The notes: generated by a model from the sequence alone, not told the origin. DNA of 64,000 nt from an uncultured Methanoregulaceae archaeon (GCA_963717525.1 OY970343.1:1856001-1920000); one strand, 5' to 3'. Counted from the stretch's first letter, positions 10,914 to 21,721 are shown. Made by a program: numbers and translations.

Positions 10914-11306
10914 ATGACAGTCGCACGGTTCTGGCGGCACCTGCCCCAGCGATATAACATGGTGGGAACGAAGTGCGAGAAGTGCGGCAGGCATTTCTTC
11001 CCGCCCCGGACCTTCTGCCCGGACTGCCGCAGGGCCGGGAAAATTGTCGAGCACAAGTTCAAAGGAGAGGGCACAGTCGTGACCTTCACCGTGATCCACA
11101 CGGCGGCCGAGCAGTACTCGATGCTCACTCCCTATGTACTCGCGATCGTCAAGCTCGACGAAGGCCCGCAGATCACCACCCAGATCGTCATGGACCCGGC
11201 CAAGGCGAAGATCGGCATGAAGGTGAAAAGCGTGTTCCGCAGGATCGCCACCGACGGCGAGAGTGGCATCATCCACTACGGCACGAAGTTTGTGCCGGTG
11301 GAATAA
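10914..11306 (+). CDS. DUF35 Zn-ribbon/OB-fold scaffold protein of the thiolase-HMGS complex
   Basis: KCEKCG..FFPPR..CPDC followed by an OB fold ending in YGTKF. Confidence 0.9.
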   Translation: MTVARFWRHLPQRYNMVGTKCEKCGRHFFPPRTFCPDCRRAGKIVEHKFKGEGTVVTFTVIHTAAEQYSMLTPYVLAIVKLDEGPQITTQIVMDPAKAKIGMKVKSVFRRIATDGESGIIHYGTKFVPVE

Positions 11307-11797
11307 AGTCTATTTTTTGTTTTGATTTCTACCCGAGCTCTCAATTCTCCACTCTCCCGGATCGTACAATTATCCGGGGAAATGAGATGGCGAGCGTGTC
11401 CCAGTCCCCGATATTTTAGGGCCCCTATAAAAATGCCCACAAATTACCCGTATTTTTGAATAATACGCAAAAATAGGGGCGATCCCATAGGAGGGCCATA
11501 GAGGCCCTTTCCGCCCGTTTTCTCAGGAAAAATGACCTACAGGTTGTCGAAATGAAAACTCACCCAGATCTTGGGGGTCTTTTCAGGACGGTACTTTTCA
11601 GGACGGTATAATCGGATATTTTCGCAATCCGGGCGATTATATCAGGTATTTTCCGGCACACCAAATCCGGGCGTTTTACGGGCGTTTCCGGGGCAGGTTC
11701 CCGGGAATCGGAGGCCATTTCTGGCCCGGATTTGGGGGTCTTGGGATGAGGTGAGTCTCGGTCCCGGACCGGCAGGGATTACCGGCGTTGTATGCGA

Positions 11798-11965
11798 TCA
11801 GAAAATATCGGAGAGCGAGCCGTCCGGGTTCAGGACAAAGGTCGAGCCGCAGCCGTCAGGGCCGGAGCACATGCAGAAGTGACCGTCAGCACCAAGATCC
11901 TCGTGGATAACGACAGTATCGTCCCGCTGACAGACGGGGCATGCGGGAAGTTTGTGGTGGACCAT
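11798..11965 (-). CDS. Small zinc-finger protein (55 aa, below the ORF-track cutoff)
   Basis: Manual translation MVHHKLPACPVCQRDDTVVIHEDLGADGHFCMCSGPDGCGSTFVLNPDGSLSDIF*; CPxC...CxxxxxCG. Confidence 0.6.
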   Translation of the reverse strand: MVHHKLPACPVCQRDDTVVIHEDLGADGHFCMCSGPDGCGSTFVLNPDGSLSDIF

Positions 11966-12109
11966 TCTCTATTCTATGGCGCCGGATCAAAAATAGAGAT
12001 TGCGGTCCGGGCTGGGTTGCCAGGCCGGGCCGCTCGCCGGCATAGCAATCCTTTCGGATCCCTGCCGGGCACTGGAGCGCATGGCGCCCGTCTCCAAACC
12101 CCCGCTCCT

Positions 12110-14495
12110 TCAGGCGTTCTGCGCCGGGACGAAGCTGTTCCCGGTGTGAACCGCCACGGCCCGGGGGAGCTCGAGGCCCAGCGCCTCTTTGAGGACCTCC
12201 TCAACGGTCCCGACCGGGACAAACACGAGTTCTCCCCGGACATCTTCGGGCACGTCCTGGAGATCGCGCTCATTCTCTTTTGGCAGGATCACCTTCTTGA
12301 TCCCCGCCCGGTGTGCCGCGAGCACCTTCTCTTTGATCCCGCCGACCGGGAGAACCGCACCGCTCAGCGTGATCTCGCCGGTCATCGCAAGGTTCGAATC
12401 GACAGTCTTCCCGGTAATCAGCGACGCGAGTGCCGAGAAGATCGTCACGCCGGCCGATGGGCCATCCTTGGGGGTTGCCCCCGAGGGGACGTGGATGTGG
12501 ATGTCACTCGTGATAAAGTTAAACCCGTTCTCCGTGCCCGCGAGCCGGGACCGAATGAGGCTGGATGAGATCGTCGCCGACTCCTTCATCACATCCCCGA
12601 GCTGGCCGGTAAGGGTGAGCTTGCCGGTCCCGGGCATGAACGTCCCCTCGATAAAGAGGATCTCCCCGCCGACCGGTGTCCATGCAAGGCCGGTGACAAC
12701 ACCGGGAACCGGCTCTTTCCGTGCGACCTCCTGACGGATCTGCTCTTTTCCCAAGATCGCTGAAAGATTATCCGGGGTGATCACGAACGGCAGCTCAGCG
12801 GTCCCGGAGACTATCTTCTCGGATACGTGCCGGGCGATCTTCGCGAGCTGCTTCTTGAGCCACCGGACCCCGGCCTCCCGGGTATACTTCTCGATGATCA
12901 GCTTCAGGGCCTCATCCTCGATCCTGAGTTTGTCCGCGTCGAGGCCGTGCTCCTGCAGGACCTCAGGGATCAGGTGGTCCTTTGCGATGGCAAACTTCTC
13001 GTTCTTCGTGTAGCCCGAGATCTCGATCATCTCCATCCGGTCGAGCAACGGCGCAGGAATCGTCGCAAGGGAGTTTGCGGTCGCGATGAAGAGCACATCC
13101 GAGAGGTCATAGGGGACCTCAAGGTAGTGATCCGAGAACGTGCTGTTCTGCTCCGGGTCGAGTACCTCAAGGAGCGCACTTGCCGGGTCACCCGCGTACG
13201 AGGTGGAAAGTTTGTCGATCTCGTCGAGGATGAAGACCGGGTTTTTGGTTCCCGCCTTCTGGATGCCCTGGATGATCCTCCCCGGCAGGGCCCCGACATA
13301 GGTCCTCCGGTGCCCCCGGATCTCGGCCTCGTCCCGTACACCCCCGAGACTGACCCGCACGTACTTCCTGCCCAGCGCCTCCGCGATGCTTTTCCCCAGA
13401 CTCGTCTTCCCGGTGCCGGGCGGGCCGGTAAAGAGGAGGATCGAGCCCTGCTTCTCCTGCCGGAGTTTCATGACCGCGAGGTGCTGGACAATCCGCTCCT
13501 TAACCTTCTCAAGGCCATTGTGATGGCTTTCGAGTACGCGACGAGCCTCGGCGATATCGATGCTCTTCTTCTCCTCGGTCACCCAGGGGAGATCGAGCAT
13601 GAGGTCGAGATAATTCCGGATCACGGAACTTTCGTGGTTCTGGCTGCCGCCGGTCTCAAGTTTCTTTACCTCTGAAAGGGCCTTTTTGCGCACGTCATCC
13701 GGCATCTTCGATTTCTCGACCCGTTCCCGGTAGCCCTCGTCACCGGGCGTGCCTTCGCTCGCGTTGAGTTCTTCCTGGATCACCTTGAGCTGCTCGCGCA
13801 GCATCGCTTCCCGGTTCGATTTGCTCACCCGGTCGGTGACTTTTTCTGCCATCTCGATCCTTATCCTGATGTGCTCCCGGGTTTTGATGAGGAGATCGAG
13901 AAAACCTATGTATCGCTCCTTTACCGAAGGGATTTCAAGGAGGGCCTGCTTCTCGGCAAGGTTCGCCGGCAGAAACGGCATCACGAATCCCATGATCCGG
14001 TCGACCGAGTCCATCCTCTCTATCGGCCGGGTGAACTGCTCGGAGCCGGAGAAACGGCGGCTGATATCGAAGATCGTACTCTTTGACATCGGCAAGAATC
14101 CTCCCTTTCAGGTCGTCTTCGAGATCCTGAACGTCCGGCACCGGCTCGTATGCGGCAACGAAGTGGCGGTCTTTTTCGGTAAGGGAGACGGCTTTTACCC
14201 TCAGTTCAGCCTCTGCGCAGGCCAGGTACCCGTGATCTGCAGGCTGGATGTGCGTGACCCGGAAGAGATTCCCGGTCTTATAGAATGACTCTGTGGTCAC
14301 TTCAGAAAGCCGGGTCCCGCTTTTGAGCGTCAGGCCGAGTGCAAGCACGGTTCCTTTATCCGCCATGGACGCAATCAGGATCGCACCGGTCTCCGGATCG
14401 ACCGGAAATTTTGTCCGGCTCCCGGGATAGGCGACGATCTCATAGAGGGGTATGACCAGTTTTTCAGGTGCGTCTTCGTTTTTCTCAGTCTGCAT
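12110..14495 (-). CDS. lon: ATP-dependent Lon protease, bacterial LonA type (frameshift ~14083)
   Basis: LON N-domain (13935-14495 ORF) joined to AAA+ [24 protein letters not shown] Ser and GGIKEK Lys; no TM insert. Confidence 0.92.
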
Positions 14496-14511
14496 GGTTG
14501 CTCCGTTTATT

Positions 14512-14532
14512 TAGTTTGATTTTACCTAACTA
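14512..14532. promoter_or_regulatory. Putative MarR operator upstream of lon
   Basis: TAGTTTGA-N5-CCTAACTA; same spacing as the perfect palindrome at 14986. Confidence 0.65.
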
Positions 14533-14551
14533 ATATCCGGGAGAAAAAAAA

Positions 14552-14971
14552 TTACCGGACTTTCCTCAGGATCCCGACCAAGAGATCCAGTTCGTCTTCA
14601 TCGAGCACATCCGCCATTTGTTCGATCACCTGGCGCAGGGCGGCCTGTTCAGCCTGTGCAATCGTTTTTCCTTTCTCGGTCAGGTGGATGTACATGATCC
14701 GCCCGTCATCGGGGCAGGGTTCGCGGTACACGCATTCCATCCGGACAAACCGGTTGATCATCTCCGTGATCGTGGGCTTTGAGGTGTTGGTGACCTCCGC
14801 GAGCCGCGAGAATGTCACATCCCCCTGTTCATCGATCATCCTGAGGTAGGCAATCTGCCTGACCGTCATATCGGAAAGCCCGCATTCAGAGAAGATCCTG
14901 CAGGAGCATTCATTCCTGATCCTCGCGAGTTTTTCAAACTCTTCGAAGAGCTGCTCCCGCGGGTCCACCAT
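14552..14971 (-). CDS. MarR-family transcriptional regulator
   Basis: SRLAEVTNTSKPTITEMINR...DDGR...LTEKG wHTH signature. Confidence 0.9.
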   Translation of the reverse strand: MVDPREQLFEEFEKLARIRNECSCRIFSECGLSDMTVRQIAYLRMIDEQGDVTFSRLAEVTNTSKPTITEMINRFVRMECVYREPCPDDGRIMYIHLTEKGKTIAQAEQAALRQVIEQMADVLDEDELDLLVGILRKVR

Positions 14972-14985
14972 AGATCGATCCTGAT

Positions 14986-15010
14986 TAGTTAGGATTCACC
15001 TAACTATAAA
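14986..15010. promoter_or_regulatory. Putative MarR autoregulatory operator abutting the TATA box
   Basis: Perfect palindrome TAGTTAGG-ATTCA-CCTAACTA (14986-15006) overlapping minus-strand TTTATA (15010-15005). Confidence 0.7.
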
Positions 15011-15171
15011 GGTACTGGTCGGGTACTGATGCGGTACCGCACAGGGAAGTAGGTAGGGGAGAGCCGGGCAGAGGATGACCACAAGATACTCTCCTGGCAT
15101 CCCAAAGCGGTCGACGGAAATGACGGGGAAAAACGGGAGTGTATATATCAATTGTTTGAGTATATGCTACT

Positions 15172-15600
15172 ATGGACGCCAGTGACATCTTAAAAAAGTA
15201 TGAGAGAATCGTTTATCTTGTCCTTATCATCCTCTTCGCAATCATTGTCACATGCTCAATAGGCGAACTCGTTTATATCGTGTATCTCAATCTTTTTGTC
15301 CAGACACCACTTCTTCTTGAAAACAGTGAACTCCTTGGCATATTCGGGTATTTCCTCCTGGTCCTGATCGGTGTCGAGCTCCTGGCAACAGTGGCGGCAT
15401 ACATCAACGAAAAGGTGATCCATGTAGAGGTCGTGATAATGATTGCGATCATCGCAACTGTACGGGGTGTTATCCTCCTTGATCCCACAAGCACTGACGC
15501 ACCGAGTATGTTTGGGATCGCCGCGATCATCTTCGCGCTCTGCTCCGGTTATTACTTCCTCAAAAAAGGAGGCCTCGCAAGTCAGCAGAAACTGACGTAA
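15172..15600 (+). CDS. PsiE-family membrane protein
   Basis: Four TM helices; LLVLIGVELL...IAIIATVRGVI motif. Confidence 0.8.
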   Translation: MDASDILKKYERIVYLVLIILFAIIVTCSIGELVYIVYLNLFVQTPLLLENSELLGIFGYFLLVLIGVELLATVAAYINEKVIHVEVVIMIAIIATVRGVILLDPTSTDAPSMFGIAAIIFALCSGYYFLKKGGLASQQKLT

Positions 15601-15933
15601 ACCCCGGGACTGCACCCGAATCAGACAACCCCACAAAAGAATGCGAGTATTCCCCGCAACATAATTTTTTTGCCCGGACACACAGGGATGTTATTTTTAT
15701 ATTTTTTCAGGTGCCGGTGTGCCACAGGGTTTTCTTTTCCGGGGCTTGCGGCATCCATTGGACAGGTGGAGTGAGAAACTGGCTCCTTGCCATATCTGAA
15801 TAATGTTTAGGGGAGGCACGATAGTTCCCGCGGAGAGCCGGACCCGTACGGTCATGTACAGGCCTTGTATTCAGGCCGGTGTCCGGCAAAACCTGCCGGA
15901 ATCCCTTGGAACATGTGAAAAAGGAATTACCGG

Positions 15934-16275
15934 TTAAATGTACTGTTTTTTCCTCAGCCAGTCTGTCTGCGGCTTGAGGTACCGGTAAATAATATCACAC
16001 TTTTCATCCTGGAAACTCCAGGGAACGATAAGGACGGTATCGCCTTCCCGGATCCACTGCCGTTTCTTCATCTTTCCCTTGATCCTGCCCATGCGGGAGA
16101 CCCCGTCCATGCATTGGACACGGATGTGATATGCCCCCATCATCGTCTCGGCACGGGCGAACTGCTCATTGTTCCATTTCTTGGGCAGCCGTACTCGGGC
16201 GACGGGAGTACCGTCGGGATTCACCGCATTCAGGTCCACTGCTGCTTCAGTATTTTTCTTATGAAAACCGCTCAT
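15934..16275 (-). CDS. eif1a: Translation initiation factor aIF-1A
   Basis: RVRLP...C.DG..RMGRIKGKMKKRQWIREGD...PWSFQDEKCDIIYRY. Confidence 0.95.
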   Translation of the reverse strand: MSGFHKKNTEAAVDLNAVNPDGTPVARVRLPKKWNNEQFARAETMMGAYHIRVQCMDGVSRMGRIKGKMKKRQWIREGDTVLIVPWSFQDEKCDIIYRYLKPQTDWLRKKQYI

Positions 16276-16652
16276 TCAACCAACTACGTATGCATTCTAT
16301 ATGGCGGCTGACATGTTGAAGAGATGTGTTGAGGGGGACCAGGACATACCGGTAATGTCACGGCTGCGACCCGTATCCGTGCCATGACAGATACATCTTT
16401 GAACCCACAGGCCAATTCTCACCCATCACAGCAGAGCGATGAACGCGTACGGATCAGCTGTAAAGCTGGTGACGCCCCGCGACTGATCATGACGGGGCAG
16501 CATCATTCCGGATATCATACTTTTCTGTCATGATCGAAACGATCCACGGAGAGGCCGTTGTAATAACCGCGGCATAGCGGGCCCGGGTGTTTTTTTCTCC
16601 ATAACTCCATGGGAGAAACAAGCCAGGGAATACCCATAAGACGAGGAAGAAA

Positions 16653-18293
16653 ATGTCACAACAGCTTGGCGGACAGCCAATTATTATCCTGAGACAGGGA
16701 ACGACACGGAACCGCGGGCAGGAGGCCCAGAACAGCAACATAGCCGCCGCAAAGGCGGTTGCTAACGCGGTCCGTTCAACCCTCGGGCCAAAAGGTATGG
16801 ACAAGATGCTTATCGATGGTATGGGAGATGTAGTCATAACAAACGACGGCGCCACTATCCTCCAGCAGATGGACATCGAGCATCCGGCCGCAAAGATGAT
16901 GGTCGAGATCGCAAAGACCCAGGATGTCGAAGTCGGTGACGGCACGACATCCGCCGTCATCATTGCCGGGGAACTCCTGAAAAACGCTGAAGAACTCCTG
17001 GAATCACACATTCACCCGACTGTCATCGCGGAAGGGTACCAGCAGGCGGCAGTAAAATCGCTGGAGATCCTGTCCGGGATCGCAATCACCGTGAAACCGG
17101 GCGATCATGAAATGCTTAAAAAAATCGCTGAAACGGCGATCAGCGGCAAAGGGGCAGAGGCATACAAGGTCCTGCTCTGCGACCTTGTCGTGCAGGCGAT
17201 CACCAAAGTTACCGATCCTGATGGCACGGTCGATATCAGGCATGTGAACGTGCAAAAGAAGGTCGGTGGCGCTATCGAGGACACCATGCTCGTCGAAGGG
17301 ATGGTCATCGACAAGGAACGGGCGCACCCGGGAATGCCAAAAGAGGTAAAGAACGCAAAAGTCCTGCTCCTCAACGCTGCCCTCGAATACAAAAAGACCG
17401 AGGTCTCCGCAAAGATCAATATCTCCCAACCCGAGCAGGTGCAGGCATTCCTTGACGAGGATGAGCAGATGGTCCACGCTATAGCGGACAAGGTGGTGCG
17501 CACCGGTGCGAATGTTGTGTTTTGCCAGAAAGGTATCGATGATGTTGCCCAGCACTACCTCGCAAAGGCCGGCATTTTTGCTGTCAGAAGGGTAAAAAAG
17601 AGCGACATGGAGAACCTGTCACGGGCTACCGGTGCAACGGTCATGAACAGTATCGATGCCGTCACAGCGGCCGATCTCGGGGCTGCCGGGCTTGTCGAGG
17701 AAAAGAAACTCTCCGGCGATGAGATGATCTTTGTTTCGAAATGCAAAAATCCCCGGGCGGTCTCCCTGATTATCCGGGGCGGATCGGAGCACGTGGTCGA
17801 CGAACTGGACCGTGCCATCCACGATGCGCTCATGGTCACAAGCGTTGTCGTACAGGACAAAAAGATCGTTGCCGGCGGCGGTGCACCCGAGATCGAGATC
17901 TCATTCCAGCTGCACAGGTACGCATCGACCCTCGGCGGCCGGATCCAGCTTGCGATTGAGGCATTCGCAAAGGCGCTTGAGGTCATCCCGCGTGCGCTCG
18001 CTGAGAACGCCGGCCTCGATTCCATCGATATGATCGTTGCAATCCGGGCAGCGCACGAATCGGGGAAGAAGACTTTCGGCCTCGATGTCTACGAGGGAAT
18101 ACCTGTCGATATGCTTAAAGCCGGCGTAGTAGAACCCCTGCGGGTGAAGACACAGGCAGTGACGAGCGCTGCCGAGGCCGCGGTCATGATCCTGCGCATC
18201 GACGATGTCATTGCATCGTCGCAATCCGGTACACCGGGAGGGATGCCCCACGGAGGGATGGGCGGGATGCCTCCGGGAATGGGGGATGAGTAG
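16653..18293 (+). CDS. ths: Thermosome (group II chaperonin) subunit
   Basis: [33 protein letters not shown] and a GGM-rich tail. Confidence 0.97.
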   Translation: MSQQLGGQPIIILRQGTTRNRGQEAQNSNIAAAKAVANAVRSTLGPKGMDKMLIDGMGDVVITNDGATILQQMDIEHPAAKMMVEIAKTQDVEVGDGTTSAVIIAGELLKNAEELLESHIHPTVIAEGYQQAAVKSLEILSGIAITVKPGDHEMLKKIAETAISGKGAEAYKVLLCDLVVQAITKVTDPDGTVDIRHVNVQKKVGGAIEDTMLVEGMVIDKERAHPGMPKEVKNAKVLLLNAALEYKKTEVSAKINISQPEQVQAFLDEDEQMVHAIADKVVRTGANVVFCQKGIDDVAQHYLAKAGIFAVRRVKKSDMENLSRATGATVMNSIDAVTAADLGAAGLVEEKKLSGDEMIFVSKCKNPRAVSLIIRGGSEHVVDELDRAIHDALMVTSVVVQDKKIVAGGGAPEIEISFQLHRYASTLGGRIQLAIEAFAKALEVIPRALAENAGLDSIDMIVAIRAAHESGKKTFGLDVYEGIPVDMLKAGVVEPLRVKTQAVTSAAEAAVMILRIDDVIASSQSGTPGGMPHGGMGGMPPGMGDE

Positions 18294-18339
18294 GGATGCT
18301 TCTTGCAGGAGAAGGGTCCTGGCCCGGCCGGGGATTCGC

Positions 18340-18633
18340 ATGAGCGTCCTTATAAAATTCAGGCATTCCGGGGTGTTCCATACCGGTGATTCTCTCTCCA
18401 TCGATATCGCCAGAATTTCTGAACTCAGGGTAACACGACAGCGCAATACCTGTGAACTCCTTGCCATCACCCCGGAAAATCACCAGCCGGACAAACCGTA
18501 TTCGATTGCAACACGGGACAGGGAGTACCAGTTACAGGAAATCATGACCGATCTCAGGTTGTTAAAAAAGGAAAAGAGGGACATCACCTACGAGATAACC
18601 GATACCGGGGTCCAGAGGGTAATTAGAGTATAA
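18340..18633 (+). CDS. Small hypothetical protein (97 aa)
   Basis: ATG at 18340 just after ths; ends at a T-run; no recognisable motif. Confidence 0.55.
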   Translation: MSVLIKFRHSGVFHTGDSLSIDIARISELRVTRQRNTCELLAITPENHQPDKPYSIATRDREYQLQEIMTDLRLLKKEKRDITYEITDTGVQRVIRV

Positions 18634-18779
18634 TTTTTTAATCCGGTTTATCCTTTTTCCGGGCATTTTCCCGGAATAACCGGTCCATTTCATCACCACA
18701 CGCGATTTTATGGATAATGCCGATATGCAGGTTGTTGTCTCCGGACAGGCCGCCTTCGGCTAAAAACCGGATATTTCCC

Positions 18780-18938
18780 CTACGCCGTCCAGAAAATCCG
18801 GGTGATGCAGATGCACACGGCCGCAATACCGACCCAGAACCACCACGTCTTCCATACCGGGTGAGATTCGGTAAAATCATACGAGTGCCTGTCCTCCTCG
18901 TTTCTTCCCCTGAACCATTCCATCCAGGTATTTGTCAT
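18780..18938 (-). CDS. Small membrane peptide (52 aa)
   Basis: MTNTWMEWF...KTWWFWVGIAAVCICITRIFW; single C-terminal TM helix. Confidence 0.45.
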   Translation of the reverse strand: MTNTWMEWFRGRNEEDRHSYDFTESHPVWKTWWFWVGIAAVCICITRIFWTA

Positions 18939-19041
18939 GATTAAGTCCTTGATTCTGCCGGTGCCAACCCGAAAGGAAAAAACCGGCTGCCTGATCTTTT
19001 CCCGGGGTTTTTCGCCGCGCCGGTGATGGAACTCTGGATTG

Positions 19042-19341
19042 TCAGAGCATCCCCCGGGCTTCGTCAATAAGCTCTATAGTATACCGGTGGGGATAATCGG
19101 TTTTTTTAAAGGGTGCAGTCCCCATGATGTAAAAACCAAAACGGGTCTCCCGGATTCGGTTGGTATAAAGAAAATCCAGCATGGCACTGATTGACCTTGA
19201 TGATGCCCACGACAGATGATGGAATTGTGCAATGTCCCCGGCAGTTACGACGGCCCGGTTAATATGTTTCGTGAGCAGATAGGCGCAGATCAGGTGAGCA
19301 CAGGTATATCGCCGGTTCGAATCCGTTCGCCTGTGTCCCAT
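19042..19341 (-). CDS. Hypothetical protein, possibly wHTH-like
   Basis: VVTAGDIAQFHHLSWASSRSISAMLDFL resembles a helix-turn-helix followed by a beta wing. Confidence 0.5.
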   Translation of the reverse strand: MGHRRTDSNRRYTCAHLICAYLLTKHINRAVVTAGDIAQFHHLSWASSRSISAMLDFLYTNRIRETRFGFYIMGTAPFKKTDYPHRYTIELIDEARGML

Positions 19342-19477
19342 TTCCGGCACCTGTCCCGCATTTCTTATGACTCATTGGGCCATCACGGGATATAGGTACG
19401 TATTGCCCGCAGATTTTCCAAAAGAACGAGATCCTGCCCGAAAAAGGGGCCCTTATACCTATCACCACATTCCAGTC

Positions 19478-20389
19478 CTATTCCGCCACGATATCGTATA
19501 CGGCGTGCCACTGGCCGGGCGAGTACGACCGCACTACCCGTTCGGTCACCTCAACACCGCCCAGCTCGCGAATACGACCGAGGTGCTCACCTTCTTTTGA
19601 GACCAGGGAATAGAAATGGATCGTGCCCCCGGGCCGGACGAGCCGAAACGCTTCCGGTAAGAATTCTGTCCCGGCAAGCGGGAGGTTCATGACGATCCGG
19701 TCGAACTTCCACGGCAGGATCGCATCAAGCCGCCGGGCATCGGCAAGGAGAGGGAGCACGTTTGTGGCCCGGTTCTTTTTCATGTTTTCAATCAGGAGAA
19801 GGACCGCCCGGGGGTTGAGGTCTGCTGCTACCACGAGCGCTGCCCGCGGGGCAAGCGTGATCGCAAACGGGCCGACCCCGGCAAACATGTCGAGGACCAG
19901 CTCGTGCTCCCGGGTCTTTTCAGCGAGGCGCTGTCGCTCTGTCGAAAGGCGGGCGGAAAAATAGGCGCCGGCAAGATCGACCGCGAACCGGTGGCCATGC
20001 TCCACAACCTCGGTCCGGGTCGTATCGGTCCCGGCGAGCACCACATACTCCCGGGTGCGGAACTCACCCGAGACCTCGCTTGTCGGGAAGAGTACGGTAT
20101 GCAGCGATGGCCGGGAGGCAAGTATCGCGGCCGCTCCCACCGGATCGTCTTCCTGCATGATCGCGATCCCGCCTACCAGTTCGTGGCGGGGGAGCACGGT
20201 ACAGTCCGGCTGTTCTGCAAACGAGTAACGTGAGGTATCCCCACGCTCTGAGAGCACCGGGAAGACAAGTGCGTCCCCGTCATGCAGCACCTTGAGCGTA
20301 AGATCGAGCGCCCCTTCACGGAGGAGCGCCTGCCGTACCTCCTCGCCCTTTCCTGTCGGAACCCGCACACCCCACTGGTCAGTCGTCAT
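19478..20389 (-). CDS. trm5: Trm5/Met-10+ family tRNA methyltransferase
   Basis: YFSARLSTER, DMFAGVGPF and RIVMNLP; start reassigned to MTTDQW to avoid overlap with hmgA. Confidence 0.8.
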   Translation of the reverse strand: MTTDQWGVRVPTGKGEEVRQALLREGALDLTLKVLHDGDALVFPVLSERGDTSRYSFAEQPDCTVLPRHELVGGIAIMQEDDPVGAAAILASRPSLHTVLFPTSEVSGEFRTREYVVLAGTDTTRTEVVEHGHRFAVDLAGAYFSARLSTERQRLAEKTREHELVLDMFAGVGPFAITLAPRAALVVAADLNPRAVLLLIENMKKNRATNVLPLLADARRLDAILPWKFDRIVMNLPLAGTEFLPEAFRLVRPGGTIHFYSLVSKEGEHLGRIRELGGVEVTERVVRSYSPGQWHAVYDIVAE

Positions 20390-20434
20390 CGATGAACCAC
20401 TGCACTCATAATAGTGTACGTGCAACAGGTATTC

Positions 20435-21721
20435 ATGGCTGGTGATGACGGGCACCGCGATGCGGGAGTCGGCCGGGCAGGGGACGGCCCGGATCACAGG
20501 AAAGAGGCAGAGATACAGGCAAAGCTCAGGGATGGATCCATCAGGCTCTACGAACTTGAAAAACAGCTCCCACCGGTCGATGCTGTCCGGGTGCGCCGGG
20601 AGTTCATTGAGCAAGCAACCGGCGCGAAGCTGGAGGATATCGGCATCTTCTCGATCGATGCCGACCGGGCGGCGACCCGGAACTGCGAGAACATGATCGG
20701 CACGGTGCAGGTGCCGGTCGGTGTGGCCGGACCGCTTGCCATCAACGGCGAGTACGCGAAGGGCTCATTCTGGCTGCCGCTTGCAACCACCGAAGGGGCG
20801 CTCGTCGCATCGGTGAACCGGGGAGCGGGTGCTATCACAAAAGCCGGCGGGGCAGAGGTCAGGATCCTGCACGACGGCATGACCCGGGCGCCGGTCTTTG
20901 CGGCGCACAGCGTCGGGCATGCAAAGGAGATTGCTGACTGGGCAGAGACCCACGAAGATGATCTCGCCGCGATTGCCGCGACAACCACCTCCCACGGGAA
21001 GATGACCGGCCTCGTCACCTTTGTCGCGGGCACGAGCGTCTTTGTCCGGCTCGAGTTCGATACCAAGGACGCAATGGGCATGAACATGGTCACCATCGCG
21101 AGCGCAAAGATCGCTGACGAGATCGCACAGGCCACCGGCGCCCGGCTGATCGCGCTCTCGGGGAACATGTGCACTGACAAGAAGCCGGCCGCGATAAACG
21201 GCATCATGGGCCGGGGGCGCAGTGTTGTCGCAGGCGTCGCGCTCTCCCACGATCTGATCGGGAAGGTCTTGAAGACCGATGCAGCCACGATGATCGAGGT
21301 GAACTACCGGAAGAACCTTGTCGGTTCGGCCCGGGCCGGTGCGATGGGATTCAATGCCCACGCGGCCAACGTGGTCGCCGCGATGTTTATTGCCTGCGGG
21401 CAGGACGCTGCCCATGCAATCGACGGTAGTACGTGTATAACCACCATCGATGCCACGGAGTCCGGGGTCTACGTCGCGGTCACGCTCCCCTCGCTCCCTG
21501 TGGGTACTGTCGGCGGCGGGACCGGCGTCGACACCCAGAACGAGTGTCTCAATATCCTTGGCGTTGCCGGCGGCGGGACACCCCCGGGTGCGAATGCAAA
21601 GAAACTCGCGGAGATCATCGGGGCCGGCGTGCTCGCCGGTGAACTTTCGCTCATAGGAGCATTGGCCGCCCAGCACCTCGCCCGCGCCCACCAGGAACTG
21701 GGAAGGGGAGCGAAGAGGTAA
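20435..21721 (+). CDS. hmgA: HMG-CoA reductase (class I)
   Basis: CENMIG, PLATTEGALVAS, DAMGMNM, GQDAAH, GTVGGGT and LARAH. Confidence 0.96.
   Translation: MAGDDGHRDAGVGRAGDGPDHRKEAEIQAKLRDGSIRLYELEKQLPPVDAVRVRREFIEQATGAKLEDIGIFSIDADRAATRNCENMIGTVQVPVGVAGPLAINGEYAKGSFWLPLATTEGALVASVNRGAGAITKAGGAEVRILHDGMTRAPVFAAHSVGHAKEIADWAETHEDDLAAIAATTTSHGKMTGLVTFVAGTSVFVRLEFDTKDAMGMNMVTIASAKIADEIAQATGARLIALSGNMCTDKKPAAINGIMGRGRSVVAGVALSHDLIGKVLKTDAATMIEVNYRKNLVGSARAGAMGFNAHAANVVAAMFIACGQDAAHAIDGSTCITTIDATESGVYVAVTLPSLPVGTVGGGTGVDTQNECLNILGVAGGGTPPGANAKKLAEIIGAGVLAGELSLIGALAAQHLARAHQELGRGAKR

Noticed and set aside
5215..15617. Exact 16-mer CCCCGGGACTGCACCC at 5215 and 15602, both intergenic
   Set aside because: Roughly one 16-bp match is expected by chance in 64 kb of GC-rich DNA; no shared flanks.
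16430..16485. GCGATG...AGCTGTAAAGCTGGTGACGCC upstream of the thermosome gene, resembling a fluoride riboswitch
   Set aside because: P1 and pseudoknot pairings do not fit the crcB motif, and the downstream gene is unrelated.
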